64,000 nt of DNA from an archaeon. GTDB taxonomy: Archaea > Nanobdellota > Nanobdellia > Pacearchaeales > GW2011-AR1. The notes beneath the pieces are model-generated. The model saw nothing but the letters and a program-made list of their open reading frames with translations. It did not search any database and was not told the DNA's origin. Shown here piece after piece: positions 47,001 through 56,268 of the stretch (position 1 is the stretch's first letter; each line of letters starts with the position of its first letter). The position numbers and the translations under genes were made by a program. Location: positions 16,559 through 80,558 of the forward strand of contig JABGRV010000006.1 in the NCBI GenBank assembly GCA_018648095.1. The letters are read 5' to 3'.

Positions 47001-47743
47001 GATCCTTCTCCCCCCTCACTTCTGACCTTCTCTATGAGTGTCTCAATACTGTTTGGAGAACCCATCATGCCCAGCCCATTCTCACGGCCCTTTATTCCGA
47101 CGAAATCTCCATCGAACAGCCCGCCGGCAAAGGAGAATCTGGCGCCAGGGCAATTGAGATCTACGAAAGACATGCCCCCGCCAATCTTCAGACCTTCACC
47201 AAAGTGGATCTGAGCGCCATTTAGAATCTCCATGTTCATGAGGTTAATGCATCCATGAAGAGTAGAGTTCCGAAATTCCATTGAGTCTCGGAGATTTCCG
47301 AAGAAAATGCAGTTGGACAATTCGGAGGAACCCATCCGAATATCTCCAATGGTACATTCGGGACAGGTATGGATATCATGGCACGTAGCCTTGAATTTGA
47401 CGAGTCCCAAACCCTTGATGTTCACCTTTTCAATGTTAAGCCCATGGTTTCCCACCTTGCTTTGTCCAGTTATCTCGAAGTCAATGAAACCCAACGAGTT
47501 GAGAGACACACCTTTGACTTCGAATATCTCAGGAACAGTAATGTTCATGAGTATGACATCGTGATCTGCGGGGATGCCCTGCTCCGGCGTGAGTGTGAAA
47601 GGGCCAGTAAGTTCAAAACCATTAACTATTGTCCTTTTATCCCCACCACTACTGGCATTCCCGATACTACTCTGGATCACCCGAGAAAAGTTTTCAGGGG
47701 AGATTTTCTTTCTTTCAGTTTTTTCTGTGTTTGGACAGTCCAT
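46997..47743 (-). CDS. Gly/Asn-rich probable beta-helix repeat protein
   Basis: 248 aa. Short irregular repeats with G/N/I/F periodicity. Family uncertain. Confidence 0.35.
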   Translation of the reverse strand: MDCPNTEKTERKKISPENFSRVIQSSIGNASSGGDKRTIVNGFELTGPFTLTPEQGIPADHDVILMNITVPEIFEVKGVSLNSLGFIDFEITGQSKVGNHGLNIEKVNIKGLGLVKFKATCHDIHTCPECTIGDIRMGSSELSNCIFFGNLRDSMEFRNSTLHGCINLMNMEILNGAQIHFGEGLKIGGGMSFVDLNCPGARFSFAGGLFDGDFVGIKGRENGLGMMGSPNSIETLIEKVRSEGGEGS

Positions 47744-47768
47744 GATCTGTTTCCTTTCACCCAGGCAA

Positions 47769-48056
47769 TTATGCCCAGGTTATTGATGTTCCTTCTGAAT
47801 CGACTATGAGTGAGATACCATAGAGACCAAAAAGCAATGCCATGACAAGGATAAAAATTACACCTATCCTTTTGTCTGTAGCACTCAGCTCCCCACTTAC
47901 CTGTTGTGTGGTAGCCGATCCTTCCGTCTCTCCACTTCCAACCGTTGGTGAATCCAAGGAGTGGTTGATGGCGTTAAGGACAATGCAGCTAACTAAGATC
48001 GCAATCATCATCAGTAACACTATTACCCCGACTTGGATTTTTGTACGAATAAGCAT
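47769..48056 (-). CDS. family F 2-TM small protein, copy 2
   Basis: About 75% identical to 44831..45118. Part of a ~320-bp duplicated segment that includes the downstream non-coding sequence. Confidence 0.5.
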   Translation of the reverse strand: MLIRTKIQVGVIVLLMMIAILVSCIVLNAINHSLDSPTVGSGETEGSATTQQVSGELSATDKRIGVIFILVMALLFGLYGISLIVDSEGTSITWA

Positions 48057-48085
48057 AATCAGCTCCTTTCAGAACCTTCTTGGCG

Positions 48086-48526
48086 TTAGTATGTTACTTC
48101 CCAGGGTTTCAGCGCCTTCTCTTTTTCAAGCGTAGAACCCTTTGGAATGATTTTCCCCTCTACGATCTCCCAATCCTTCATGTATGGCTCAGAGTCACCA
48201 CTTTTCGCAGGAGGATTAAACACCCCATTCTTCCAGTGAGGACTCTTTCCTTCATTCTGGGAAGGAGTTTCGACAATATCCTGCGTCTCGCTACGAGCTG
48301 CTTCAACTTGTCCAGATCCCAGGTTTTCGGAACCCATGAGGCTCTTGGAGCGAGAGAATACAAATGCTCCAATAAACATCAAGACCAACAAGATTCCGAG
48401 GTTAGCGCCCGGATTCTTCCTCTTTATTTTTCTTCGCCTTGCCATGACACTCTTCCTTTCGTTACGTACCATTGGGCACATGATTTTCGAATTAATTTCC
48501 TTAGCCCATTGCGAACCATGCCGCAA
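48086..48526 (-). CDS. basic N-terminus, single-TM, extracytoplasmic domain protein
   Basis: 146-aa ORF. Confidence 0.35.
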   Translation of the reverse strand: MRHGSQWAKEINSKIMCPMVRNERKSVMARRRKIKRKNPGANLGILLVLMFIGAFVFSRSKSLMGSENLGSGQVEAARSETQDIVETPSQNEGKSPHWKNGVFNPPAKSGDSEPYMKDWEIVEGKIIPKGSTLEKEKALKPWEVTY

Positions 48527-48740
48527 TGACTAGAAAAGACATCCACTCTAGACGTTTTATCTTCTTGATCATTTTACTGACCTTTCTTTTCTCCCGTGCT
48601 TTCCGCACATTGTTCTTCAATGATGTTTCCAATCCTAACGACCTAGCGTAGACCGCCCCGGCCCAGATTTGACTTAGGCCGACCGGGGCGGCTTGGCGGT
48701 AGATCGTCGAGATTAGTTCTCGCTACCTCCGCCGATCACG

Positions 48741-49826
48741 CTAGAAACCATCTGCGCCTTGGCCTTCCGGTTCGGGATCAACCGCGCAACCAAGCTGGCC
48801 ATCCGCACTTTCGTCAACCGGTTCATCTTCGATGGCACTTTTGATGAGATTATACAACTTGTGCATATTACACATTCCTCCCTCATCTACTGTCCCGCCT
48901 TCTTTCAGCAGAAATTCCAGGGATTCGACAAGCATCAGAACACTGCTGCCATCGATCGGATTCTTCAGGTTCTTCGGGCTAGAGGAACTTGCCAGAGTAA
49001 TGACAAGGTTACGCGCATATCCGAGGATTTCTTTTGGGCTTGGCGTATCCACCAAATCGTCTATGAAATTCTCGATACCCTCCCAAAGTTTTCCCGCATC
49101 GATCATCACATGCTTCTTGAGCAGTATCCCCACTACAACTGGGAGGAGGAAGAAGATCGGAGTGAGTGTGAGGGGCATTAATCCTGTGAACTCCCAATAG
49201 CGAAGAAGGAAGGGGAGTCCGATAAACAGGAGAATGAACCCGAGAACAGAGAAACAAAAAACGAAGACCGGAGACTTTGGGGAATGGCGCTTCTTCACGA
49301 TCTTCATTCCAACAAAGACTCCTAGGAATAACGTAATCATGCCAGATAGAATCAGCAGTAAATCCGCATTTGCTATTGCCTTCTTCTTCGCTATCTTCGC
49401 TTCAACCGCCTGCTTCAATTTCTTGTCGGCCGCATCGTATTCCTTCAGGAACTTTCCGATAACATCGCCCTCTTCATTCTGTCTCACTCGCCATACCAAC
49501 TTGTGGCAAGCATTCTTCTTATCTGCAAGGGCGCTATCCACCGGATCGTCCGAGACGAACTCATCCTTACGGGCGGATTTGATAACGTCCTCAAGGAACT
49601 CGGGAGATCGCGTATTCCGAATCATCTCGCTCGAAGAGACGATCTCGATCAACTTGAAGAGATCAGGGCTTTTGCTGACATTGATCAACCTGAAATGCGG
49701 ATCTGTCAGGGGAGTCTCTGCCTTTTCCGCAGCCCCGAAGGAAATCCCACCGATTGCCAATACAACCACCATCACCACCATAATCGTTCGCTTCATTGTA
49801 TTCACCTTTCTGTTTTGCGCTTTCAA
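48741..49826 (-). CDS. family G membrane protein, paralog 1 (signal/TM - extracytoplasmic domain - 3-4 TM - cytoplasmic domain)
   Basis: The N-terminus MKAQNRKVNTMKRTIMVVMVVVLAIGG is shared with the next two genes. The C-terminal H.(W/M)IDA..L...I region is shared by all five. Confidence 0.5.
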   Translation of the reverse strand: MKAQNRKVNTMKRTIMVVMVVVLAIGGISFGAAEKAETPLTDPHFRLINVSKSPDLFKLIEIVSSSEMIRNTRSPEFLEDVIKSARKDEFVSDDPVDSALADKKNACHKLVWRVRQNEEGDVIGKFLKEYDAADKKLKQAVEAKIAKKKAIANADLLLILSGMITLFLGVFVGMKIVKKRHSPKSPVFVFCFSVLGFILLFIGLPFLLRYWEFTGLMPLTLTPIFFLLPVVVGILLKKHVMIDAGKLWEGIENFIDDLVDTPSPKEILGYARNLVITLASSSSPKNLKNPIDGSSVLMLVESLEFLLKEGGTVDEGGMCNMHKLYNLIKSAIEDEPVDESADGQLGCAVDPEPEGQGADGF

Positions 49827-49850
49827 ACGCGTTGGTTTCAGTTATTCGTC
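49750..49850. repeat. family G conserved leader/start-region repeat, copy 1 (~101 bp)
   Basis: ccgattgccaatacaaccacc...cattgtattcacctttctgtttTgcgctttcaaacgcGttgGtttcagttattcgtc, about 90% identical to the copies at 50885 and 51633. Confidence 0.7.
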
Positions 49851-49854
49851 TTAG

Positions 49855-50961
49855 TTATCTCTTCCATTTACCATCGTCTGGATCTTGCCTGAAGGCTTTC
49901 ATCGCCACACTTTTTCCATCTCCCATCGACTCTTTCCACCAGTTACCATCCCAATCCGGTCCAATCTTATCCCGGATAGCTATATCGATGAACATATCCA
50001 CCGATCGGAGACTCTGCCCAGTAAGCGGCCCCCTATTGCCTCTAACCTTTTTTATGTGGTGGAGAATATCTGAGGCGTCGATAGGATGATTTCCTTCTTC
50101 GACATTTCCCCCGGGACTCGCAAGATCATAAACCAGGTTCCGTACCACCTTCAGGATCTTGGTCCGAGAATAACCCTTTCCAGTAATCCTTTCCTTGATC
50201 TTCTCCTGAAGCACCCTTGCGTCAATCCATCGATGCTTCTTGAGGACCAACGCAACGATTATGGGAGAAAAGAAGAAAATCCCTATTGAAAGGTAGAAAA
50301 ATCCCGTGCTGTCAATCACTCCGGGGCGATAGAGCATGAAGAAGGGTACTAAAGCAAGGGGAACCACAGAGAGCTGAAGATCTCCAGAAGCACGAACCGG
50401 ACAATCTCGTTTTTGCAGGATCATGTTTCCGACAAAGAATCCCGGGAAAAGGATGGCAAACAACAATCCCAAGAATCTAAATGTCTTATTGGTCGATTCA
50501 TTCGTCCTTGCAATCTCCTCTTTGGCTACTTGCTTCAACTTCTTGTCGGCTACATCGTATCCCCTCAAGAAATCCCCTACGAGATCGCCTTTTTCATGGC
50601 GTTTTACTCTGCGGATCAGGTCAGTGCAAGCTCCCCTCTTGACACTCAGGGGTCCATCAAGGGGATTATCCGAAGAGAAATTCCACTTACGTGCGGCCCT
50701 AATAACGTCTTCCAAGAACTCTGGAGGACGCACACCACGGACCTTATCGCTCGTAGAGAGGACTCCGATCAACATGTAGAAATCTGCACCATCGCTGACA
50801 TTGACCAATCCTGCGGGCTGAGTCGTTGCCGGCCACGCTGTCGGTCGCGTTTCCACAACTTCATCCCCTCCAAAAGAAACCCCGCCGATCGCCAATACAA
50901 CCACCATAACCATCATAATCGTTCGCTTCATTGTATTCACCTTTCTGTTTCGCGCTTTCAA
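49855..50961 (-). CDS. family G membrane protein, paralog 2
   Basis: See 48741..49826. Confidence 0.5.
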   Translation of the reverse strand: MKARNRKVNTMKRTIMMVMVVVLAIGGVSFGGDEVVETRPTAWPATTQPAGLVNVSDGADFYMLIGVLSTSDKVRGVRPPEFLEDVIRAARKWNFSSDNPLDGPLSVKRGACTDLIRRVKRHEKGDLVGDFLRGYDVADKKLKQVAKEEIARTNESTNKTFRFLGLLFAILFPGFFVGNMILQKRDCPVRASGDLQLSVVPLALVPFFMLYRPGVIDSTGFFYLSIGIFFFSPIIVALVLKKHRWIDARVLQEKIKERITGKGYSRTKILKVVRNLVYDLASPGGNVEEGNHPIDASDILHHIKKVRGNRGPLTGQSLRSVDMFIDIAIRDKIGPDWDGNWWKESMGDGKSVAMKAFRQDPDDGKWKR

Positions 50962-50986
50962 ACGCTTTGAGTTTCAGTTATTCGTC
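50885..50986. repeat. family G leader/start-region repeat, copy 2
   Basis: See 49750..49850. Confidence 0.7.
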
Positions 50987-51709
50987 TTTTTTGCTACTTG
51001 CACCCTTCTTCTGAGTTCCCACCAACAAGGAGAAGATAATCGGAGCAGCGAAGAAAGCTGCCAAGAAAAGGGGCTGTAGCGGGCCGATGATATATTTCTG
51101 GGAGCCTGTAATTATAATCAGGAATTGGAGAGCCACATAACCTAGGGTAGAGAGGATCACCAACGGAGGAGAATCCGAAGGCCAGTCTCTAAATCTCAGG
51201 ATCACACATCCGAAGATAAGTCCCACCACCGTCCAGATTGCCGAATTCTTCAGAAAGTCAAGAATGCGGGAAACTCTTATTCGTTCAGCGTTCCATGCTC
51301 TCTTCAGCTCCCTGTCGGCCGCATCAAATTCCGCAAGGAAAGTTTTCACCCCTTCTTCTTGTTCGTTCGGACTCTTTGAGATCAAAATCAGATAGGCATC
51401 CCGTTTCCGGTTATGGGCCTTATTCTCCCAGTCTTTTACGAATTCTTTCAGAACCATTGATTCCAACACCTCCTGGTAGAATTCCCGGGACCTCCCACGA
51501 GTTTCTTCACTCGTATGCAGGATCCCCATCATCTTACGGGCACGATTCCCCAGGTTATTTTCAGGTCCATTGGGAGAAGCTGCAGGTTGAGTCGCCGCAA
51601 CCACATCTTCTGCCGCAACAACAGTGCCACTCCCGATTGCCAATACAACCATCATCGCCATCATAATCGTTCGCTTCATTGTATTCACCTTTCTGTTTCG
51701 CGCTTTCAA
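50978..51709 (-). CDS. family G membrane protein, paralog 3
   Basis: See 48741..49826. Confidence 0.5.
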   Translation of the reverse strand: MKARNRKVNTMKRTIMMAMMVVLAIGSGTVVAAEDVVAATQPAASPNGPENNLGNRARKMMGILHTSEETRGRSREFYQEVLESMVLKEFVKDWENKAHNRKRDAYLILISKSPNEQEEGVKTFLAEFDAADRELKRAWNAERIRVSRILDFLKNSAIWTVVGLIFGCVILRFRDWPSDSPPLVILSTLGYVALQFLIIITGSQKYIIGPLQPLFLAAFFAAPIIFSLLVGTQKKGASSKKDE

Positions 51710-51734
51710 ACGCTTTGAGTTTCAGTTATTCGTC
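51633..51734. repeat. family G leader/start-region repeat, copy 3
   Basis: See 49750..49850. Degenerate variants also precede 52693 and 53358. Confidence 0.7.
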
Positions 51735-51751
51735 GTCGTCTTCTTCTTCCC

Positions 51752-52693
51752 CTACGCCAAAGGCGTATCAATCCCTGGAATCGGTTCCCGCCCAGAGTAT
51801 TTGGGCTGATCATCAGATCCTGCGATCTTCAGTTCAAACGGGACATCTGAATCTGGACAAATGACTCGAAGTTCGCCAGGAACAAGTTCCCGTACACCGA
51901 GCTCCATTTCACTTTCGCTGGAGAACAGGACCAGATAGGGATATTTCCCTTTAGGCGTGGAGACTGTAAACCTGCAGCATTCTTCCGGAGGGAACTTACT
52001 CATGACGAGATCATACAGTCTCGTGATCTCACATGGCGAACACTTTTTCTCCTGCTTTTCCAACTCCCTAACCAGGCTCAGGACGGCGTATGCATTGAGC
52101 TGGTACTTCATTCTCCCATTTCTTCTTTTTGCCGGATCGGCGAGAGTGTAAGTAACACTCCTCACGTGTCCCAGGAGATCAGAAAGAGTATGATCGCTAT
52201 TTTCGCGCTGGTACTTCAAGATTTCAGCCCGAAGGACTTCGGCGTCAATCCGTCTGTGCTTATTATGGATTGACGCAAGAGTAATCGGGATAGCAAAGGA
52301 GCTTACCAGGGCGATGCAATAAATCAGCGAAACTCTAGAAAGGAACTCGTAGTTGAAGAGGGCGATAGTCACTCCAACTACGAATCCAAACATGATCCCT
52401 GAGGAACAAAGCAGACTTCTAAGGGGTACAGGAGAGTTACGATGGATCATAATCGCCAATCCCATAACCGACCCGCCAACAAACACTACGAGTGCCTGTC
52501 CAAGGAACTGCCACTGGTTATAGCCCCCAAGCCCGACCTTCCGAGGGGCCACACTACTTCCGTCTACTACCGGAACCGGTTGAATCGCCATACCTCCGTC
52601 ATCTGTTGAGGATACCTGAACGACTCCGAAAGAAGTCCCACAGACTGCCAACACAACCACCATCATCCAAAATGTCATAAACGTTTTTTTCAT
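51752..52693 (-). CDS. family G membrane protein, paralog 4 (divergent)
   Basis: Same architecture. C-terminal HRRIDAEVLRAEI...VRSVTYTLADP. Confidence 0.45.
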   Translation of the reverse strand: MKKTFMTFWMMVVVLAVCGTSFGVVQVSSTDDGGMAIQPVPVVDGSSVAPRKVGLGGYNQWQFLGQALVVFVGGSVMGLAIMIHRNSPVPLRSLLCSSGIMFGFVVGVTIALFNYEFLSRVSLIYCIALVSSFAIPITLASIHNKHRRIDAEVLRAEILKYQRENSDHTLSDLLGHVRSVTYTLADPAKRRNGRMKYQLNAYAVLSLVRELEKQEKKCSPCEITRLYDLVMSKFPPEECCRFTVSTPKGKYPYLVLFSSESEMELGVRELVPGELRVICPDSDVPFELKIAGSDDQPKYSGREPIPGIDTPLA

Positions 52694-53358
52694 TTTACTT
52701 CCTTTCTGTTTTGCGTTTTCAACGCAATAGTTTCAATTGATTTAACCTGAGGCATTTGAGGTTGGACTCTCCACGATTTATGCACCCACCGAAAACCATT
52801 CCACTCCATTTCACGGGGATCATGGATGGCATCTTCAATAAGTGCAAACACGGCTCTACGGGTTCGATCTACAGTCAGAGGATTTTTTCGCTTCAAGATC
52901 CTCTTGAGAAGGTCAAGGAGGGTGGTCGTTAGGAAAGAATATTTAACATATCTTCCTCCCCCATGTTTCACTAAGGAATAAACGGCCCGTTGTACCTTCT
53001 TGACGAATTCCTCTGTAGAACAATCTATCTCCGAAACTTCCTCCCGGATCCTATCTCGAAGTATCTCTGCATCAACCAACACACAATTTTTCATCATTAG
53101 TGAGATTATCACAGGCCATATCAAGAAGATCAGCAAGAGATAATTACACCAACATATAACCGGCCATTGAGTATGGTATAATGAAAAGGTCAGCAGAATT
53201 AAAGAAGGAACCATCGAGGAGATCAGAAGGTCGATAAGTCGCCTCGGACAATTACGTTTTCGCATGATGACGAATCCCAGAGCGTTTCCAATAGCCAGTG
53301 CCCCCATCACCAACATCATGTGCTTCATCTTGCATCCTTTCTGTTTCGCGCTTTCCAT
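52690..53358 (-). CDS. family G membrane protein, paralog 5 (short, divergent)
   Basis: C-terminal N.VLVDAEILRDRI...VQRAVYSLVKHGG. Overlaps paralog 4 by 4 nt. Confidence 0.4.
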   Translation of the reverse strand: MESAKQKGCKMKHMMLVMGALAIGNALGFVIMRKRNCPRRLIDLLISSMVPSLILLTFSLYHTQWPVICWCNYLLLIFLIWPVIISLMMKNCVLVDAEILRDRIREEVSEIDCSTEEFVKKVQRAVYSLVKHGGGRYVKYSFLTTTLLDLLKRILKRKNPLTVDRTRRAVFALIEDAIHDPREMEWNGFRWVHKSWRVQPQMPQVKSIETIALKTQNRKEVK

Positions 53359-53377
53359 GCGCTGATTCCAGTTTCAT

Positions 53378-53929
53378 TCAGCTTATAGCTGAATTTTCAA
53401 CCCTCACTTCCCCCGGTTCACTTTTCAACCTCTTACGCCTTTCCTTGAGTTTCTTTCCCCCCTTAATGACTGAATCTCCGGCGAAGAGCACCGTTATCAA
53501 GATGAGAATCCAGGTAAGGTTATCCGTCCCCTCTGCCATCCAAATTCTGGAGGCTATGAATGCAATGAGGAAGAGGACATATGTCGCAGGGACCATTACT
53601 GGGATCCTCCGGCCATTTAGTGACCATGCGAGGGCAGACATGACGCATCCGAGGAGAGCAATGAATAGAGTCATCACAATCAAATCCACGTAGATTATCC
53701 CCCTCCTTCCGCGGACATGTCTTGTTGAGTGCCTTTCAACGGCTGAAGGGTTGCCTTCCGTGTCCTGTTCAACGCCTTCTGTTTTTACGGCTTCGGTTCT
53801 CGGCTTCATCCACCCACTTGCATTTGACTGATTCCAGGTATACCATCCCATTCCTCCCAGAAGCAATGCGATGAGTATGAGTTTTTCGGCGATCTTCGGC
53901 TTCGGATAGTTCTTGAGTTTCTTGATCAT
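53378..53929 (-). CDS. membrane protein (4 TM)
   Basis: 183-aa ORF. Confidence 0.4.
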   Translation of the reverse strand: MIKKLKNYPKPKIAEKLILIALLLGGMGWYTWNQSNASGWMKPRTEAVKTEGVEQDTEGNPSAVERHSTRHVRGRRGIIYVDLIVMTLFIALLGCVMSALAWSLNGRRIPVMVPATYVLFLIAFIASRIWMAEGTDNLTWILILITVLFAGDSVIKGGKKLKERRKRLKSEPGEVRVENSAIS

Positions 53930-54003
53930 TTTGAGTCTCCTTGTCTCTTGGTTCTTGTCACTAGATGTTGTTACCTGGTCGTCGGTTTTCGTCCAGAACT
54001 GTC

Positions 54004-54498
54004 TCAGAGCTTCTTGCGGCTACCATCACTTCTTCTAGTCATGATTACGATTTCATCTTCTCCATGAGAGAGTTTGTAACTCTCTTGCTCTTTAGACCTT
54101 CTCCTCCAAATGCCATCCCGAATCATGAAGAAAACAGAGAAGAACAGTGATACAATAGCGTGGGCATAGATGAGATCTTCCAATTCATTAATCCACCCTC
54201 CGAAGAGTGTTATCCATGAAATGAGGAATGGACTAACCAAGACAAACACCCAAAATCCTACTCTTTGACCCAAGGGCCATATAAGTAAGAGAGTAACAAT
54301 CCCCATGACTGTTACAAACTTGGTTAGGTTTGCCCAGTCATCGGCAATAAGGGGTTTCAAAACTTCTTCCCAGTTTATTGCGGCCCCCACAGATTTCACC
54401 TCTCCCCTAAGATTAGGTTGGATAACCATATATCCTGCCAAAAGCCCTAGCAGTATAATCCCTCCAAGGATTCTACTTTTTGTGAAATACTTTTTCAT
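54004..54498 (-). CDS. membrane protein (4 TM)
   Basis: 164-aa ORF. Confidence 0.4.
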   Translation of the reverse strand: MKKYFTKSRILGGIILLGLLAGYMVIQPNLRGEVKSVGAAINWEEVLKPLIADDWANLTKFVTVMGIVTLLLIWPLGQRVGFWVFVLVSPFLISWITLFGGWINELEDLIYAHAIVSLFFSVFFMIRDGIWRRRSKEQESYKLSHGEDEIVIMTRRSDGSRKKL

Positions 54499-54522
54499 TC
54501 TAGGTCTCCTTACTTCGTGGCT

Positions 54523-55083
54523 TCATTCATTGAATGTCGCTTCAAGTATTATTTCGAGTTCAGCTGGAGATTTTCCAACAATTCCTCTCCCCTTAAGGTA
54601 AGTTTGGAACTCTCGAAGAATCGATCCCAACTGTTGTTTACCATTTACTTCCACACCTTTCAAGTGGCAGTCATAGTACCATATAACCGGATTAAACCCC
54701 CAAAGTTCCCGAGAACTATTGATCTTCCCAACATGTTTGTCTCTCTCGGAGATCTCGAGTCTTAGTTCGTCAAATTTCTCCGAGGATGCCGTAAGATCAA
54801 TTTCCCTTGCTCCAAGGAGTTCATAAATCTCTCCCTTCAGACCATCAATTCGAGAATTACAGCGTGCGAACCCCATACTACTATCCCGGTATAACTCCAG
54901 GTCCACCATCAACAACCATGTAGCAATAGCCAACACTATGCAGGTGAACGTAAACATCCCCCCTTTAGTGAATCTATTCCTCTTTCCCATCCATAAAGGC
55001 CTTAGGAAGAATTTTGGAAGATTGAAGTAGACGAGAGGAACCCCAACCAATATTGCAACAACACAGATTATCAAAGACATCAT
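54523..55083 (-). CDS. membrane protein (3 TM) with cytoplasmic helical C-terminal domain
   Basis: 186-aa ORF. Confidence 0.4.
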   Translation of the reverse strand: MMSLIICVVAILVGVPLVYFNLPKFFLRPLWMGKRNRFTKGGMFTFTCIVLAIATWLLMVDLELYRDSSMGFARCNSRIDGLKGEIYELLGAREIDLTASSEKFDELRLEISERDKHVGKINSSRELWGFNPVIWYYDCHLKGVEVNGKQQLGSILREFQTYLKGRGIVGKSPAELEIILEATFNE

Positions 55084-55200
55084 AGTCTCCTTGTCTTGCG
55101 TACCAGTTTATACCAGTACAAGTCATTCCATTGTTTTTTCATCAGCCATTCGTAGCCCACCCCCTAATGGAGCGAGGTGGGTTGGCGAAGGGCTGATGAA

Positions 55201-56142
55201 CTAATCCTGCTGAGCTGATCCATCATCATCCGATTTCTTTACATCGGATCCGGCTGCGTTATCTTCAGGTGCTTTGTCAGCTTCCGGAGATTCCGCAGTT
55301 TCAGGCTGATCGTCTGTATGCGTCGGCGCGTCTTTGTCTTCTGCCGGCGTGTCCGGAGTTTCATTATTTTCCGGAGCGCCTCCTGCTGCGGATTCAACTG
55401 GCGGTTCTTCTTCGGCGGTCTGCTCTTCAGCCGGAACTTCTTCTTCGGGTTCATCAGGGTTTTGTGCCTTGATGCTCACTCGTATCTCATCCCGGTAAAG
55501 TGTCCAGAAGAGGTGGAGATATATTCCGAGAATGGCGCAGGTGAACAGCACTGCAGAGAAGCTCTTAATTCCGGAATATCCAAACGGAATTGCCGGCCAA
55601 AGAAATCCAAGGAGTGTAACTAGGATTCCCAAGACAACCAGGGAGAGAAGATAAGAGACAAGGAGAATGCCTATCGGAATGACTATCAGAAGGCCGTGAT
55701 AGCGCACATTGTCCCATTTATCTGCCTTTTCACCATCCTCGAGGTATAAAGCGTACTTGAGCCACGGGCTGTTGTGCGCTCCCCGGTTATACCAGTAGCT
55801 CCAGAGGAAAACCGAAGCATAGATCATGGTAAGTCCCCGCCAGACAACCATATTGATCGTCCAGTTGTTCATGCTGGCGATCTGAGTGAAGAAACCACCC
55901 TTAACGCTGGAAGCTGTTTCGATCTGGCCCCATGCGAATATCGGCCCGAGGAAGTTGAGGAGGGTTATGAGGATCGCAGTAACGAACAACCACTTCCACA
56001 TCTTGGGCCTTTCCAGTTTGTCATCTTCTTCGTCACTTGACGAATGCGATGATCTGAAAAACTCTTTCCATCTTGTTTTGAATGACATAGTCATTGTCCT
56101 TTCTCCATTCCATTTCTGGAAGGGGGTTTTGTGCCTAAGCAC
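55201..56142 (-). CDS. multi-TM membrane protein with acidic Pro/Glu-rich C-terminal tail (likely start MTMSFKTRW at 56094)
   Basis: 313-aa ORF. The leader shares gttttgtgcctaagcacgttt with the leader of the next gene. Confidence 0.45.
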   Translation of the reverse strand: MLRHKTPFQKWNGERTMTMSFKTRWKEFFRSSHSSSDEEDDKLERPKMWKWLFVTAILITLLNFLGPIFAWGQIETASSVKGGFFTQIASMNNWTINMVVWRGLTMIYASVFLWSYWYNRGAHNSPWLKYALYLEDGEKADKWDNVRYHGLLIVIPIGILLVSYLLSLVVLGILVTLLGFLWPAIPFGYSGIKSFSAVLFTCAILGIYLHLFWTLYRDEIRVSIKAQNPDEPEEEVPAEEQTAEEEPPVESAAGGAPENNETPDTPAEDKDAPTHTDDQPETAESPEADKAPEDNAAGSDVKKSDDDGSAQQD

Positions 56143-56268
56143 GTTTATCGACTTCCTTTCAACAGAAACAAGGCGCTAGGCCGGCGGCTCAGCAGAGCCA
56201 GGAGGAAAGGAGAGAAAACTCCCGACTCCTGAGATGAGAACCGCCGACCATAACAGCGCCAAATCTAC

